Position numbers and translations under genes: made by a program
Part shown: piece by piece, positions 25,425 to 38,697 of the stretch
How positions within the stretch are numbered: the first letter of the stretch is position 1
Layout: every line of letters starts with the position of its first letter
Assembly: GCF_001194135.2 (NCBI RefSeq)
Contig: NC_068983.1
Coordinates: forward strand, 42,514,017 to 42,578,016
Direction: 5' to 3'
Length of the DNA stretch: 64,000 nt
DNA from: Octopus bimaculoides
Lineage: Eukaryota
The notes under the pieces: model-generated
Database searches by the model: none
Seen by the model: the letters and a program-made list of their open reading frames with translations, nothing else
What the model was told of the DNA's origin: nothing

Positions 25425-26389
25425 TCTACATAATCATGCAGTTAACTAGAAATAGCAGCCAAATCCCTCCCATTGCACTTCATTACTTTAAAGGAGGGAA
25501 ATAAGATATTGGTTCATGTTAAAGACACTATATCTGGAATCGAAAAATAAGACAGGACGGACACAGCTGGAATGTCTTTGAACATAATGCTACATGATCA
25601 GGACTGATCTAGGCTTAGACAAGCACCCAATGAAAGCATGAGACAAAGTCATTTGATATGAACCCACTTGAAACCTGTTCTGGTGTGTAAGATAAAAACC
25701 CAGCTGTTTTTACAGATGTTCATACTGAAACCCAACCCTGCCTTCTTAATTTTACATAAAAATGAGGTTATTTTCTAAACATCAACTTGACCCTTTTGAT
25801 CTCAACCTGTCTGAGGCCATTCCTGGTTCTCTGATACAAAATTCTTGTCTTATAGTGATCTAAATAAAAAAAAGCTTCCATCAAAATTTCATGTTAAGCT
25901 CTAAACGCTTCATTAATGATGACAGAATCACTTTACTAAATTCTTCATTATTTTCAAAATTAATTAAAATGAAAGCTGTGTACTTCAACAGGAATATGGT
26001 AACAAATGGTTGAAGTGATCTGAATGAAAGCCTTCCATTAAAATTTCATGCTAATATTCCAAACACCAGCTTAATCCTTTTCATACCAACCTGCCTGAGA
26101 CCACCTTTCATTCTATGAAGCAAACTTGATGTTTTAAAAGTAATCTAATTTTAAAATGGCCATCAAAATTTCATGTTAATTTATGTTCTAAGTATCAGCT
26201 TAATTATAACAAAGCTATTTTACTAAATTTAATTATAATGAAAGTTGTGTATTTCAAAAGAGGTGTGGTAACAAAAGAGTTAATAATATTTAAGTTTATT
26301 TTACTAACATCCTCCAAATTCTTCATAATCTCATTGGTAAAATAGAACAAATTAATTACAACACACGTGGCCCACTGTGTTGCACTCAT

Positions 26390-26690
26390 GAATACTAGAT
26401 TGTGGGCTTAACTCCTGGGCAGAGCAATGTGTTTTTGAGCAAAACACTTCATTTCACATTTCTCTGGTGCTGTGTGGGAACCAGCATGACAAAGAATACA
26501 CCCAACATTTCTCCTGCATGTCATAAAAGTCAACTGAAAGAGGTTGAGTCAGGATTTGCACTCCAGCCTCATAAAACTCTCACCAGCAATGACTACCCAA
26601 ACAGACCGATGGAGTGGGAGAGTTGTCACCTGAGTGGTGCAAAGGGGTCATCCATCAGGAGTAGCAAGGGAGTCACCAACAAATGGTGGA
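26390..26690 (+). mobile_element. Decayed SINE of a further family
   Basis: TTGAGCAAAACACTTCATTTCACATT after a tRNA-like remnant, then a CCTGCATGTCATAAAAGTCAACTGAAAG body. Confidence 0.45.
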
Positions 26691-26764
26691 TGTAGCAACA
26701 TGCTGTTACAGCACATGCCTCCCTACTAACACTGCTGCTACTACTACTACTACTACTATTACTA

Positions 26765-27090
26765 AAGGAGCACTGTGTCGGTTACGACAATGGTCCCAGC
26801 TGATACAACCAATGGAACAGCTTTCTCGTGAAATTAACATGCAAGTGGCTGAGCAATCCACCGACACGCGTACCCCTCAAGTAGTTCTCAGGGAGATTCA
26901 GCGTGACACAGAGTGTGACAAGGCTGGCCCCTTGAAATACAGGTACAACTCATTTTTGCCAGCTGAGTGGACTGGAGCAACGTGAAATAAAGTGTCTTGC
27001 TGAAGGACACAATGCATCGCAGGGAACTGAACTTATGACCTTATGATCATGAGTCAAATGCCCTAACCACTAAGCCATGCACCTTCACAT
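26765..27090 (-). mobile_element. SINE family D-related copy
   Basis: GTCGGTTACGAC...GCAAGTGGCTGAGCA...TGTCTTGCTGAAGGACAC...CCCTAACCACTAAGCCATGCACC. A plus-strand head of the same type lies at about 62400-62510. Confidence 0.85.
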
Positions 27091-27264
27091 TACTACTACA
27101 ACAACAACACAAACTGTTTATCTCATTAAATACTAGTTACCAAAGAGTTAAATACTAATGCTGTTTGTTTTTTGGACAGTAAATGATGCTGTTGTTCTCG
27201 ATTAACATACTACACTAATTATTGCAAATGTCTTTCGCTGCTCACTTTTATATGTTCACACTAG

Positions 27265-27480
27265 AAATTTCATTTCCATTCTAATCATCTTGCTGGTATG
27301 GTTGGATGGTTTGACAGGAGCTGGCAAGCCAAAGAGCTGCACCAGGCTCCACTGTCTGTTCTGGCATAGCTTCTACAGCTGGGATGCCCTTCCTAATGCC
27401 AACCACTTTACAGAGTATACTAGGTGCTTTTTATGTGGCACTGTCACCAACAGGGTCACCGAGTATCTTGCAAGACAAAG
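27265..27480 (-). mobile_element. Family C copy
   Basis: GCTGGGATGCCCTTCCTAATGCCAACCAC core; tail at the left end. Confidence 0.75.
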
Positions 27481-28604
27481 ACCCCCCTCAGCTGGGAGGA
27501 GGAAGCAGTAGGGAGGGTGAGGGAGGTGAAGACAGCGATCATACAGAGACATAGAGGTGATGTACTTAATTAGATTTAAATCAATTAAGCATCAATTACA
27601 TGCTTAAATGATTTAATGTTGAAGTCAAATACTGGGTGTGGCAGAACTACGCCCCATATTTTACACAGACATTGATGTGATTAGACAGACGGTAATAGTG
27701 TCTACATGAAGCTAATGCATCACCATTTTGTTTATTTTTATAGCTACTTTCATGGTTTGGACACTGCAGATCATGCATTTACTTTTAAAGCATTCATCAG
27801 AAATAGTGACAAAGAGGTTTTGGTTTTTTTTTGGCAACATCCTGTATCTCTCTTTTTAAATTGGTAGAATACGTGTTTCGAATCTTAATTGTTTGGGCAT
27901 GTCACTACAATAACCCACTGTTAGAAATGCTAATAAAACACTTTTTTTCTTTAATAAACAATTTCGATACAACTGGTCTGTTTAAACAACCAACAAGAAA
28001 CACTCAACAAAGAATGTGAATTTAAAACAGAAACTTTATAACACAATGCTCACCCTAACCATTTTTATGAGAAATTCCAAACTTACTATGATAACAGGTG
28101 AACAGAAATATTTTTCTATATATACTTGTTTCAATCAGTGGGTTGTTGCCATGCTGGGGCACCACCTTGAAGGGTTATAGTTGAACAAATCAACCCAAGT
28201 ACATGTTTTTAAATCTAGCATTTACTCTGTCAGTCTCTTTTGCTGAGCTACTAAGTAACAGGGAATGATACAGGAAAATTTCCAATCACAGACCCTCATA
28301 AATTCAGGATTGCTATGACCATTAAAGCATGAGCCCTCACCCAACTGTTGCTCTCTAATCTATAAGTGTATGCTTAAAGTCATTCACCTTAACCATTTTT
28401 GCTTCAGTCACCCACCTTTTAACAAGTTCACTGGGTGGTAACACTTTGCTTTCCACCCTCACTTTCATTTCAAATGGAACTTGTAGAAGTCGGTGAGAGT
28501 TTGAACGAAGAGGAAGGAGTCTATCCTCAATCTGTTCAACCATGTCTACTATACAACCCTTTTTATTATAGCCACCAGACAGATAATAATAATGATAATA
28601 ATCC

Positions 28605-28795
28605 CTTCTACTATAGGCATAGGGCCTGAAATTTGGGGGATGCCAGTGCAAACCTGGTGCTTATCTTATCGACCTTGAAAGGATGAAAGTTGAAGTCGAC
28701 CGTGGCAGAATTTGAACTCAGAACATGTAGACAGAAGAAATGCCACTAAGCATTTTGTCCAGTGTGCTAATGATTCTGTCAGCTTGCCACCTTGA
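28605..28795 (-). mobile_element. SINE family B copy
   Basis: CCCTTCTACTATAGGC...AATTTGAACTCAGAAC...TTCTGTCAGCTTGCCACC; TAA flanks. Confidence 0.8.
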
Positions 28796-30839
28796 TAATA
28801 ATAATATTAATAATGATGATGATGATGATCATCATCATCATCCACAAGATCAAAGCAAACTGGAAGCCATGGCAGTTAGTCATTCTCTTCTCAAACAAAT
28901 TTTGTGTCTGTACAAAGGAATAATATAACCTTGGGCCCCTGTTTGAAGTGAGCTTAGAGGTTTACTAAAAGAGCTGAAGGGTTTAAAAGATTATGCAAGA
29001 TTGAAAGAGGAGGAGACAAAGAGAGAGAGAGAGAGAGAGAGAGGGGGTAAGATAGGAAGTGTTAAGAATAGATGAGACGTCATCTAGATGATAGATGTTT
29101 TGATAGAGCAACACACATCATTTGTTTTAGTTTTTAACTGTTTCAATATATACACAACACACTTACACAGACATATGTGTGTGCATCCCAGCTGGAGAGA
29201 ATACTAGATAAACAAAAACACGGAGAAAAAAAAAAAAAAAAAGCAACAGTGTTACAACNNNNNNNNNNNNNNNNNNNNNNNNNNNNNNNNNNNNNNNNNN
29301 NNNNNNNNNNNNNNNNNNNNNNNNNNNNNNNNNNNNNNNNNNNNNNNNNNNNNNNNNNNNNNNNNNNNNNNNNNNNNNNNNNNNNNNNNNNNNNNNNNNN
29401 NNNNNNNNNNNNNNNNNNNNNNNNNNNNNNNNNNNNNNNNNNNNNNNNNNNNNNNNNNNNNNNNNNNNNNNNNNNNNNNNNNNNNNNNNNNNNNNNNNNN
29501 NNNNNNNNNNNNNNNNNNNNNNNNNNNNNNNNNNNNNNNNNNNNNNNNNNNNNNNNNNNNNNNNNNNNNNNNNNNNNNNNNNNNNNNNNNNNNNNNNNNN
29601 NNNNNNNNNNNNNNNNNNNNNNNNNNNNNNNNNNNNNNNNNNNNNNNNNNNNNNNNNNNNNNNNNNNNNNNNNNNNNNNNNNNNNNNNNNNNNNNNNNNN
29701 NNNNNNNNNNNNNNNNNNNNNNNNNNNNNNNNNNNNNNNNNNNNNNNNNNNNNNNNNNNNNNNNNNNNNNNNNNNNNNNNNNNNNNNNNNNNNNNNNNNN
29801 NNNNNNNNCGTACAGGAAAAGAAAAATGGACATGTGAGGAAAGGAAAGATGGATGATGGTCATGTGTGAGCAATGAGAAAGGGAGAGAAAAAGAGAAAGA
29901 GGGGGAGAGAAAGACAGACAGATAGAAAATAGTGAAAGAAGGGGAGAAAAAAGAATTAGAGAAGGATGGAGGAAGAAAACAGTAAAGAGTAGAGTCGCAT
30001 CAAAAATGTGAAGATAAATTTACTTGGAAATGGGTTATATTTTATCTGTTACTTGTTTCAGTCATTAGACTGCAGCCATGCTTGGGCCCCCACATTGAAG
30101 AACTTTAGTCAAACAAATCGACCCCGGTACTCATATCTCTAAGCCTGGTACTTATTCAATTGGTCTCTTTCACTAGACTAAGTTACAGGGACATAAACAC
30201 ACCAACACTAGCTGTAACATAGAACCAAGGGCAGCTCCAGGCAGGTTGGTCTCCAAAAAGTTAATGCGTGTGTGTGAGTGTGCGTTTTGTAAATGGTAGT
30301 TGTGATGCTACCGTAATGTAATCGTTTGAATCCCAACACACAAACCCAGATAAAATCACTTGCAAAATGAGCACAACTCTGAAATTCTATGACTATCTAT
30401 CTCCATTTACAAATTCTAAAATCAAAATGAAACCTAAATATCTGAATACTTATTGAAATACCGAAACAACTACTGACATTTCTTTCTCGGACCATATAGG
30501 CCAGATTTTGTTAAAATTTATCTGCCATAAATTGGTTATTTGCCCACAATACATGAAATTTTTAATAATTTTTTAATACAATTCCTAATAATATTCAATT
30601 GTAAAAATATGATATATTTTTAAACATCAGATTGCTAGGAGAGTCCAGCCAAATAAAATAGGAATCAAAGAGCCCCATAGGTTAAAAATGGCCGAGAAGC
30701 ACTGATCTTGGCAATGATAAAGAGAGACAAAGGAAAAGGCATTTCTAAAGACATAAATCAATCAATAAACCATTTTGAAAATGGTTTATTGATTGATAAT
30801 CTATCATCATCATTGTCTTCACATCTGCTTTGTGATATT

Positions 30840-31030
30840 TGTTTTGGATCATCTCAGCTTCAGAGTTCAAATCCTGCCAAGGTCAGCTAAGCCTTTCATT
30901 GATAGCTCTGATGTTGATAAAATAAAAACAACAATGCAAGAACTGGGGTTTAATGGTACTGACTTAGCCCCTCCCCTCAAAGTCGCTGGCCTTGCACTCA
31001 AGTTAGAAATGATTATTATTCTTGACCTCC
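30840..31030 (+). mobile_element. SINE family B copy (decayed)
   Basis: GAGTTCAAATCCTGCCAAGGTCAGC...GCCTTTCA...GATAAAATAA. Confidence 0.65.
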
Positions 31031-31816
31031 TAGAAACAGTCAAGTGTCACTAAAATCACACAGGGGTCAGCTTGTTTAGTGAAATCATTCAAGGTGTTGT
31101 CACACCACAACCACAGTCCAATGATTGAAATGGAGCTGTGTGTATAAAACAAAGCTTATAGACAAAGAAATGAAAGAATATAGAATTAAATTATTTAAAA
31201 TCACTACAATTGTTTCAATGCATTCTCACACCTGTAGTACATAAGATGTTGTGGAATCATTACCTTACATCTAAGGTGTGGAATGTGTCAAAACAAGTGT
31301 AGGGTTTTTAAATAAAGAATATCATTAATTCTGTTTTCTTTCATTTGTCTATAATAAATTCTATAGATATTACGGAATTCCTGATGTATATTCCGTGGTA
31401 GGAGAATTTCCACTGTAGGATGACATCAGGTAGCCAATAACTGTGGATGAGCTTTGTACAGCATTCTACAAGGTTTTTACATGATTCTCAACTAAATCAA
31501 AGCTTATATATATATGCCTATGGAAAACTTTAGCAAAGCACCTCCAAGAAGCACAGGCTCAAAACAAACACATAGTGACCAGCACACTTCATGTAACAAT
31601 GTAGTTAAGAAGCCTGTTTCCCAACCATGTGATTTCAGGTTCAGTCCTGAAGTGTTTTTTAATTAGAGTTCTGGAAAGAAGTATAAAGTCCATGAATCTT
31701 GCTGCTGATGCTCCAGCCAACCTAAGCAACCAGAGGCCAGTCTCTCGAGCAAAAGTTCCAGGGTGGTGGGAAGAGGTGAGACAACAAGTAACAACTTCTC
31801 CTCCTTCACTACCAGC

Positions 31817-32186
31817 TTTTATTCTTTCATTTGTTTCAGTCATTTGACTGTGGCCATGCTGGAGCACTGATTTTAGTCAAACAAATCAACTCTTGGACAT
31901 TCTTTGTAAGTCTCATACTTATTCTATTGGTCTCTTTTGCCGAACTGCTAAGTTACAGGGATGCAAACACACCAGCATCGGTTGTCAAGCAATGTTGGAG
32001 GGACAACCACACGTATATAGATATGTATACGATGGGCTTCTTTCAGTTTCTGTCTACCAAATCCACTCACAAGGCTTTGGTTGGCCTGAGGCTATAGCAA
32101 GAAGACACTTGCCCAAGGTGCCATGCAGTGGGACTGAACCCAGAGCCATTTGGTTGGTAAGCAAGCTACTCACAACACAGCCACTC

Positions 32187-32233
<47 letters not shown>

Positions 32234-32428
32234 TGATATATATATATATATATATACACACACATGATAGGCTTCTTTCAGTTTCTGTCTATCAAATTCA
32301 CTCACAACGCTTTGGTCGGCCTGAGGCTATAGTAAAAGACACTTGCTCAAGGTGCCACACAACAGGACTGAACTCGGGACCATGTGGTTAGGAAGCAAGC
32401 TTCTTACCACACAGCCACGCATGCACCT
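31817..32428 (-). mobile_element. SINE family A with duplicated 5' half
   Basis: One 3' half (31817-32030) followed by two head halves (about 32030-32190 and 32268-32428) separated by (TA)n. Confidence 0.85.
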
Positions 32429-32548
32429 TCAAGGTTTTTACATGATTCTCAACTTTACAAAAAGAATAAAGAAATTAGAAAAATTAAAAGGAAGAGACAG
32501 TCCTTGTATGTAGCATAACTGAATAACTATCTCAGTGGCTGAATGTAA

Positions 32549-32581
<33 letters not shown>

Positions 32582-33005
32582 AGTACCTGAAAGTGGCTCT
32601 GAACCCCATATGATGGTCACTGATAACACACTGGTATTTCACAGTTACTAGTGGTGGTGGTGGTGGTGGGAGCGGTGAGGATGGTGGAAATACTGAACTG
32701 TTTAATGGTTATGACAATTTGAACTATGACTAACTTCAAACACACACACACACACATACATACACAGCATGTATGCGAGTAGGAGTATGTGTGTGTTTAT
32801 GGAACATCTAAGAGTGTGTGTGAATGTTTATGAGTGGGTGCACAAGTGTTGTTGCTTAACCCCAGGTCATCTCTAAATCAATCTGAGCTATGATCAGAAT
32901 GTCCCTGCCATGCCCATCCTATCTTTACGTTTGTATTTTCAAAAAATATTTTCAGATGTGTTCTTCCTTTTGATAAAACTGCTACGGTGAGTTAAAAGTG
33001 TGTGC

Positions 33006-33045
<40 letters not shown>

Positions 33046-33124
33046 CAGCAAAAGAAATAGTGTGTGTGTATATGTTTAACCCTTTAGCATTTGGGTTTCT
33101 GTCAAATGTAATGCTTATCTATTC

Positions 33125-33395
33125 AGCCCCTGTGCCAATGGCATGTAAAAAGCACCATTTGAATGAGGCCAATGCGAGTGCTGCCTGACTGGCTCCTGTG
33201 CTGGTGGCACATAAAAAGCACCCACTACACTCTCAGAGTGGCTGGCGTTAGGAAGGGCATCATCCAGCTGTAGAAACATTGCCAGATCAAATGGAGCCTG
33301 GTGCAGCTGCTGGCTTTCCAAACCTCAGTCAAACCGTCAAACCCATGCCAGCATGAAAAACGGACATTAAACGATGATGATGATGATGATGATGG
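33125..33395 (+). mobile_element. Family C copy
   Basis: GGCGTTAGGAAGGGCATC core; CCCATGCCAGCATGAAAAACGGACATTAAAC(GAT)n tail. Confidence 0.85.
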
Positions 33396-34290
33396 TTATG
33401 ATGATTGCTTTGAATTGATCCTGCATTATCTTCTAGCTTTGAGATTTCAGAGATGTCACTGTTTACTTGAAGATGATGATGATGATGATGATTTATTCCA
33501 TTTTGGAGAAACAAAAGTAAAACTGAATACTGGCAACATCTGAACCTGGAACAGCAAGGTATGCAACTAGATACATGTTAGTCTGCAATGCTACATTCTT
33601 GGCCATTTCGCATCTCTCTCTCTCTCTCTGCAACATTAGCAATAGCGATTATAATGCAAGTAGTAAGTTTGGCACCACCGCATCGAGGAATCCCCTACCC
33701 CTACCACCATGGCCACCTTCATACTCCCAACACATCACCTCCACCATTGACCCATGCCACCACCAACACCAATACCCAAGCAGTATTTATGATAACATTC
33801 CTAATCATATACATATATATGTATATATTTATATACATATGTACACACCATTAGTCTTTTACACAGCTGTTTAAAGAGAAGAAAAACTGTTTATATTCTA
33901 CATACAACAAAACAAAACATATGCCGCCACCACCATGTCTAACTAATTTTAGACACATTAATAACACAACAACTTTTCATGGGCCTTGAATGTGTATGTG
34001 TGTGTGTCTGTTTTTCCATAATCCTTAATACACCATGGTCCTATATATTCATGTTACTGGCCCACAACAGTGGATGCCGTAAGTAACTGAGGAAGAGATA
34101 TCGACCTTCAATAATTATAGCCGTTTGCACAACTATTTTAAGACAAGGAAAGCTGTATTCCGCATACAGAAAACAAAACTCAAAACTTCTGCTACAATCA
34201 TTATGTATAATTATTTCTACATACAGATTATTAACACAACAATATGCTACAGGTTGTACACACACACACAAACACATATATTTATAAGTC

Positions 34291-34319
<29 letters not shown>

Positions 34320-34321
<2 letters not shown>

Positions 34322-34630
34322 CGTCATCGTCGTTTAACGTCCGCTTTCCATGCTAGCATGGATCAGACGATTTGACTGAGGACTGGTGAAACCAGATGGC
34401 TACACCAGGCTCCAATCTGATTTGGCAGAGTTTCTACAGCTGGATGCCCTTCCTAACGCCAACCACTCCAAGAGTGTAGTGGGTGCTTTTACGTGCCCGC
34501 GGCACGAAGGCCAGTCAGGCGGTACTGGCAACATCCATGCTCAAAATGGTGTATTTTACGTGCCACCTGCACAGGAGCCAGTTCTGCGGCACTGGCAACG
34601 ATCTCGCTCAAATGTCTTTACACGTGCCAT
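34320..34630 (-). mobile_element. Family C copy (well preserved)
   Basis: GTCGTTTAACGTCCGCTTTCCATGCTAGCATGG tail, core and two internal units. Confidence 0.85.
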
Positions 34631-36496
34631 TATGCAGTTGTTTTGACCAATTAGAAACGTTTATTCATTATACTTTTCAATTTATTTTACCTTTCGTCTC
34701 AGTATTACCTGAGCACTTTCATCTGCAGTCCTATTTTTATTCTTCAATTTGACAAAATTATAAGATTATCTTCATATATATATATAAATATATTTATGCA
34801 TGCATGTCTGTGTGTGTGTGTATATATCAATGTTTGTTTTTAATGTCAAGTTATAAAAACAATTTAACATTAATCTGAAGGACTTTTAATACAGTAATAT
34901 ATTTGTTATACTTCAAAGTCACTGTCAACCTTTCCCCATTCCGTGAACCTGCATATTTTGTTAGCCAACCTTAACAATAAATGCCTTAGTATTCAGATTA
35001 AAAAAAAAACAAAACAAAAAAGGATTAATATTCAGGAATTAATCCAATAATCTAGCTAATCTCAATTTTGTACTTCATCCTTCCGATTCAATAAAGAAAT
35101 GTTCCAACCGGTCGATATAATCAACTGTTTCCAAACCCCAATATTTGTGGCATTGATCCCGCGTTAAAAATCAATAATTAATACAACAGATCAAAGCAGA
35201 TTGATAGAAATAGAAATTGATTTTTAGAGAGATCTAATCAGCTGGCAACCAACTGTACTCCATTGATGAAATATGGGTTTTAGACAACAAATTCTGGGGT
35301 CAGGAACAACAAGATATATTGGACCCAATACAGCACTGGTACAGTATTTTATTGATTGCAGAATGATGGTGCAGTCCACCTTAGATGCATTATCCCTGAA
35401 CATTACTGTCTTGGTTTCCATGGTGTATAAGTGACTAAGATCATGAAATTTCCCCATCATAATCTTTTATTTTATGTTCCTTTTTTTCCTCTCTTTTTGT
35501 CAATAAAGGAATGGATCAGGGGATTCTTGGTGCAATATTCTTATGGCCAGATGCCCACCCTGGTGCAAAAGACTCGTTTTCAAGTATGGTACTGATTTTA
35601 CATACTATTGCACATCAAAGTGCCACGATGCAAGATGTACTATTTACAAGAAGTGGGGTGGGTAAAGAAATGTTACTGCTGCCCAAACAGCATCAAGATG
35701 AAGATGTGAGGTGGTACACACACGTACATAGATACACAACAGGCTTTCATACAGTTACCATTTACTAAATTTCACTTGCAGGTGATTAATCAACACCTTT
35801 TCATTCATTTGCAATATTCTTTTGAAATTTGGCAGTACACCTGAACTAAAGATATAACTAGAAGTATAGGGGAAAAAAATTGTATTCAGGTTACACTGTG
35901 GGACTCCTAACATACTGGTTGTGGAGCACTGCTACAATAGAAAACACTCGCCGAAGGTACGAGATAGTGGGATAGAACATGAAACTCTGTTTTCGGGAAG
36001 TATAACCGCTTAGCCACAATGACATGCTCATAGATATTTCAAAGTTGACGGCCAACTCTGAGCTTCACCATTTTTAACTGGGATGTTCATGACAGTCAAA
36101 AACAGCCCAGCTAAGTGGGGAAACTCAGAGTACAACTTGGATCTACCCTACATATCAAGTTCTAAACCAGATAATGTTTGTACTGTGTAATATATATTAT
36201 AAATATGGAGCAAGTAATTCAGGAAAAAATATTTGCAAAGATATCACTGACTCTATTAATATCTAGTGTAACAATTTTAAAATGATAACAATAGAATCAA
36301 TAATATAGGCAGTTGATTTCTTAGCCAGTTTGCCTTTAGACGATTGATTTCTGTAGTTATCATCAGTGTATTTTGGCGATTTAAATAAGAGTTTTTTGAC
36401 TGTTATTTCCAGCAGGTAGACATACTTAGCATGTCCTTTGATATATTATAGATAGATTTTACTACTGTTGCACTACTATATATGTGCATGAACATG

Positions 36497-36896
36497 TGTG
36501 GCTGCGTGGTAAGAAATTTGCTTCTCAACCACGTGGTCCTGGGTTCAGTCCCACTGCATGGCACCTTGGGCAAATATCTTCTACTATAGCCATGAGCTGA
36601 CCCAAAGCCTTGTTAGTGGATATAGTGGATGGAAATTGAAAGAAGTCTGTCACATATTTACGTGTGCATGTATGTGTGTGTGTGTGTGTGTGCATGTATG
36701 TATAGTTTGCCCCCCAACCACCACTTGACAACTGGTGGTTGGTGTGTTCATGTTCCCGCAACTTAGCAGTTTGGCAACATTGGCCAATAAAATAAGTACT
36801 AGGCTTAAAAAAAAAATACATGACTCAATTCATTCACCTGAAATTCTTCAAGGCAGTGACCCAGCATGGCTATGGTCTAATGACTGAAACAAAAGA
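36497..36896 (+). mobile_element. SINE family A copy
   Basis: Head, body, (TG)n and tail motifs. Confidence 0.85.
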
Positions 36897-37977
36897 CGTG
36901 ACTGGGTATATAGGTGTGTCTGTAATGAAACATACCAGTCAGTAACTGTACTGTATTGATTCTGTCAACTGCAGAGGGGTAACAATGCACACCTACTATT
37001 ACTACTACTACTACTACTACATACAATTTGGCACCATATAAAAGGCGAGAGTTAATATGATTTGAACTATGGACTGACTGGATAATATTGGACAGAAACC
37101 AAGGCTGCCAGGATATTGGAAGCAAAGAAAACAAATAAAAACACAAGGAGGACGGCTAGTTTGGCTTAGAGCAGGAAATGATGGTGGTGGTGGTGGTGAA
37201 GGAGGAGGAGGAGGAGACAATGCATGTGAAATTTTGTGTGGGTATGTGTAGTTAAATAGAAGAGGAAATTAGAATGGAATCAGAGAGGTAGATACAACAA
37301 CAAATAGTAACGCCTGTAGCTTATCAATAACAATTTTGGGATGCAAATGACCTTTGGATGTCAGAGGTCATTCCTCTGAGTAGATATAGTTTTTTTTTTG
37401 ATTTTTCTTTTTTTTTGTAGTTTTTTTTTCCCTAGAGAGTCAGCGACATGTGCATGAGAAATAAAACCTCTGTCCTACACAACAACAGCTACGACTACCC
37501 TCATACTACTACTACTACTCCCAACATCCCACTAGTACCACAACCATTCCACCACCAACTGCAACCATCACAATTGCTTTCACCACAACTACAACCTACA
37601 ACACCATCAACCCCATCCCTCCCCCACCACCACCACTAACCAGTACTACTATCACATTCACATTAACCCTACTACCACCACTGCCGCCATATTACCATAA
37701 ACCACTACAACCACATTGCTGCTATCATCGCCACAACCACCACCACCACCACTGTGAAACTACAAAAATTATTAAGAAAAATACTAACACTAACTAATGT
37801 AGTTTTTTATTTTGCCAGAGGGGCAGCAAAGTAAGAACATTACAAAAACTGAATCGCAGAATAGTAGAGAGAGAGAGAAGGAAGAGATTTTACACTGAAT
37901 CCCTCCAGAGCACATTTATAAGAATTACCTCTCAGCAAGGCAGTGCTCCAGCATGATCACAACCAGTGAAAATAGCC

Positions 37978-38009
<32 letters not shown>

Positions 38010-38011
<2 letters not shown>

Positions 38012-38665
38012 GTTTCAAATTTTGCCACAAGTACAGCCATTTTGGGGGAGGGGATAAGTCTATTACATCCACCCCAGTGTTCAACTGGTACTTAATTTAT
38101 TGCACCTCCCACCCCAAAAAAGGATGAAAAGCAAAATCAACCTCAGCAGAATTTGAACTCAGAATGTAGCAGCAGATGAAATGCCACTAAGCATTCCGAC
38201 CAGAGCGCTAACGATTCTGCCAGCTCACTGCCCTAATAATAATAATAATAATAATAAGGCATCAAGAGGAATATAAAGGAAATGGGAATAGAGTGCCCAG
38301 TAGAACTGTTCCAAAAGTTTGTCTCCTTGGAAAAGTATTAAATAGTTGAAGAGAACAGACAGCAAGGTACCACAGGCTGCAGCTAGCAAGCCCGCTACAT
38401 ATTCAAGACCCCAGGAGTTCCAACAAAACCTGAGTTCAAAGAACGATGATGGCAACTCTTTCCGCTATGAACAAAAAACCTGAAATTTTGGGGGAGTGGA
38501 CTTACAAGACTACATTGATTCCAGTGTTCAGTAGGTACTTAATTCATCGACCTCCAAAAGGACAAAAGACAAAATCAGCCTCAACAGAATTTGAACTCAG
38601 AACGCAAAGAGTTGGAAGACACATGTTAGGCATTTTGCCAGACATGCTAACAATTCTGCTCACCT

Positions 38666-38667
<2 letters not shown>
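38010..38667 (-). mobile_element. Two family B copies (38010-38235, 38462-38667) bracketing an R4-like fragment
   Basis: Both end in TTCTGC(CAG)CTCA..CCTAATAATAAT. Confidence 0.8.
38258..38445 (+). mobile_element. 5'-truncated 3' end of an RLE-bearing non-LTR retrotransposon (R4/Dong-like)
   Basis: Begins directly after (TAA)n and reads GIKRNIKEMGIECPVELFQK, then after a 1-nt frameshift CLLG..VLNS* (TGA 38347-38349). This resembles the C-terminal LQK..LLG....R.VL motif of R4/NeSL-type elements. A short 3'UTR follows. Confidence 0.5.

Positions 38668-38697
<30 letters not shown>

Noticed and set aside
27755-27810. Minus-strand CTGATGA followed by an ATGC/GCAT stem and a CTGCAG palindrome
   Set aside because: Lacks GAAA and stem I; compatible with chance. 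Other CTGATGA hits (2464, 36362, 39155, 43842) also fail to fold.
28355-28560. Minus ORF ...DMVEQIEDRLLPLRSNSHRLLQVPFEMKVRVESKVLPPSELVKRW
   Set aside because: No recognisable domain, ambiguous splice sites, the opposite strand is similarly open, and the length is within chance expectation.
33575-33874. ORF with PLPLPPWPPSYSQH...SIYDNIP
   Set aside because: Built on degenerate (CAC)n/(CT)n/(TA)n low-complexity sequence; no donor.
35224-35460. Protein-like frames on both strands (SIDEIWVLDNKFWGQEQQDILDP on plus)
   Set aside because: Poor acceptor, stop-bounded, no domain recognised.
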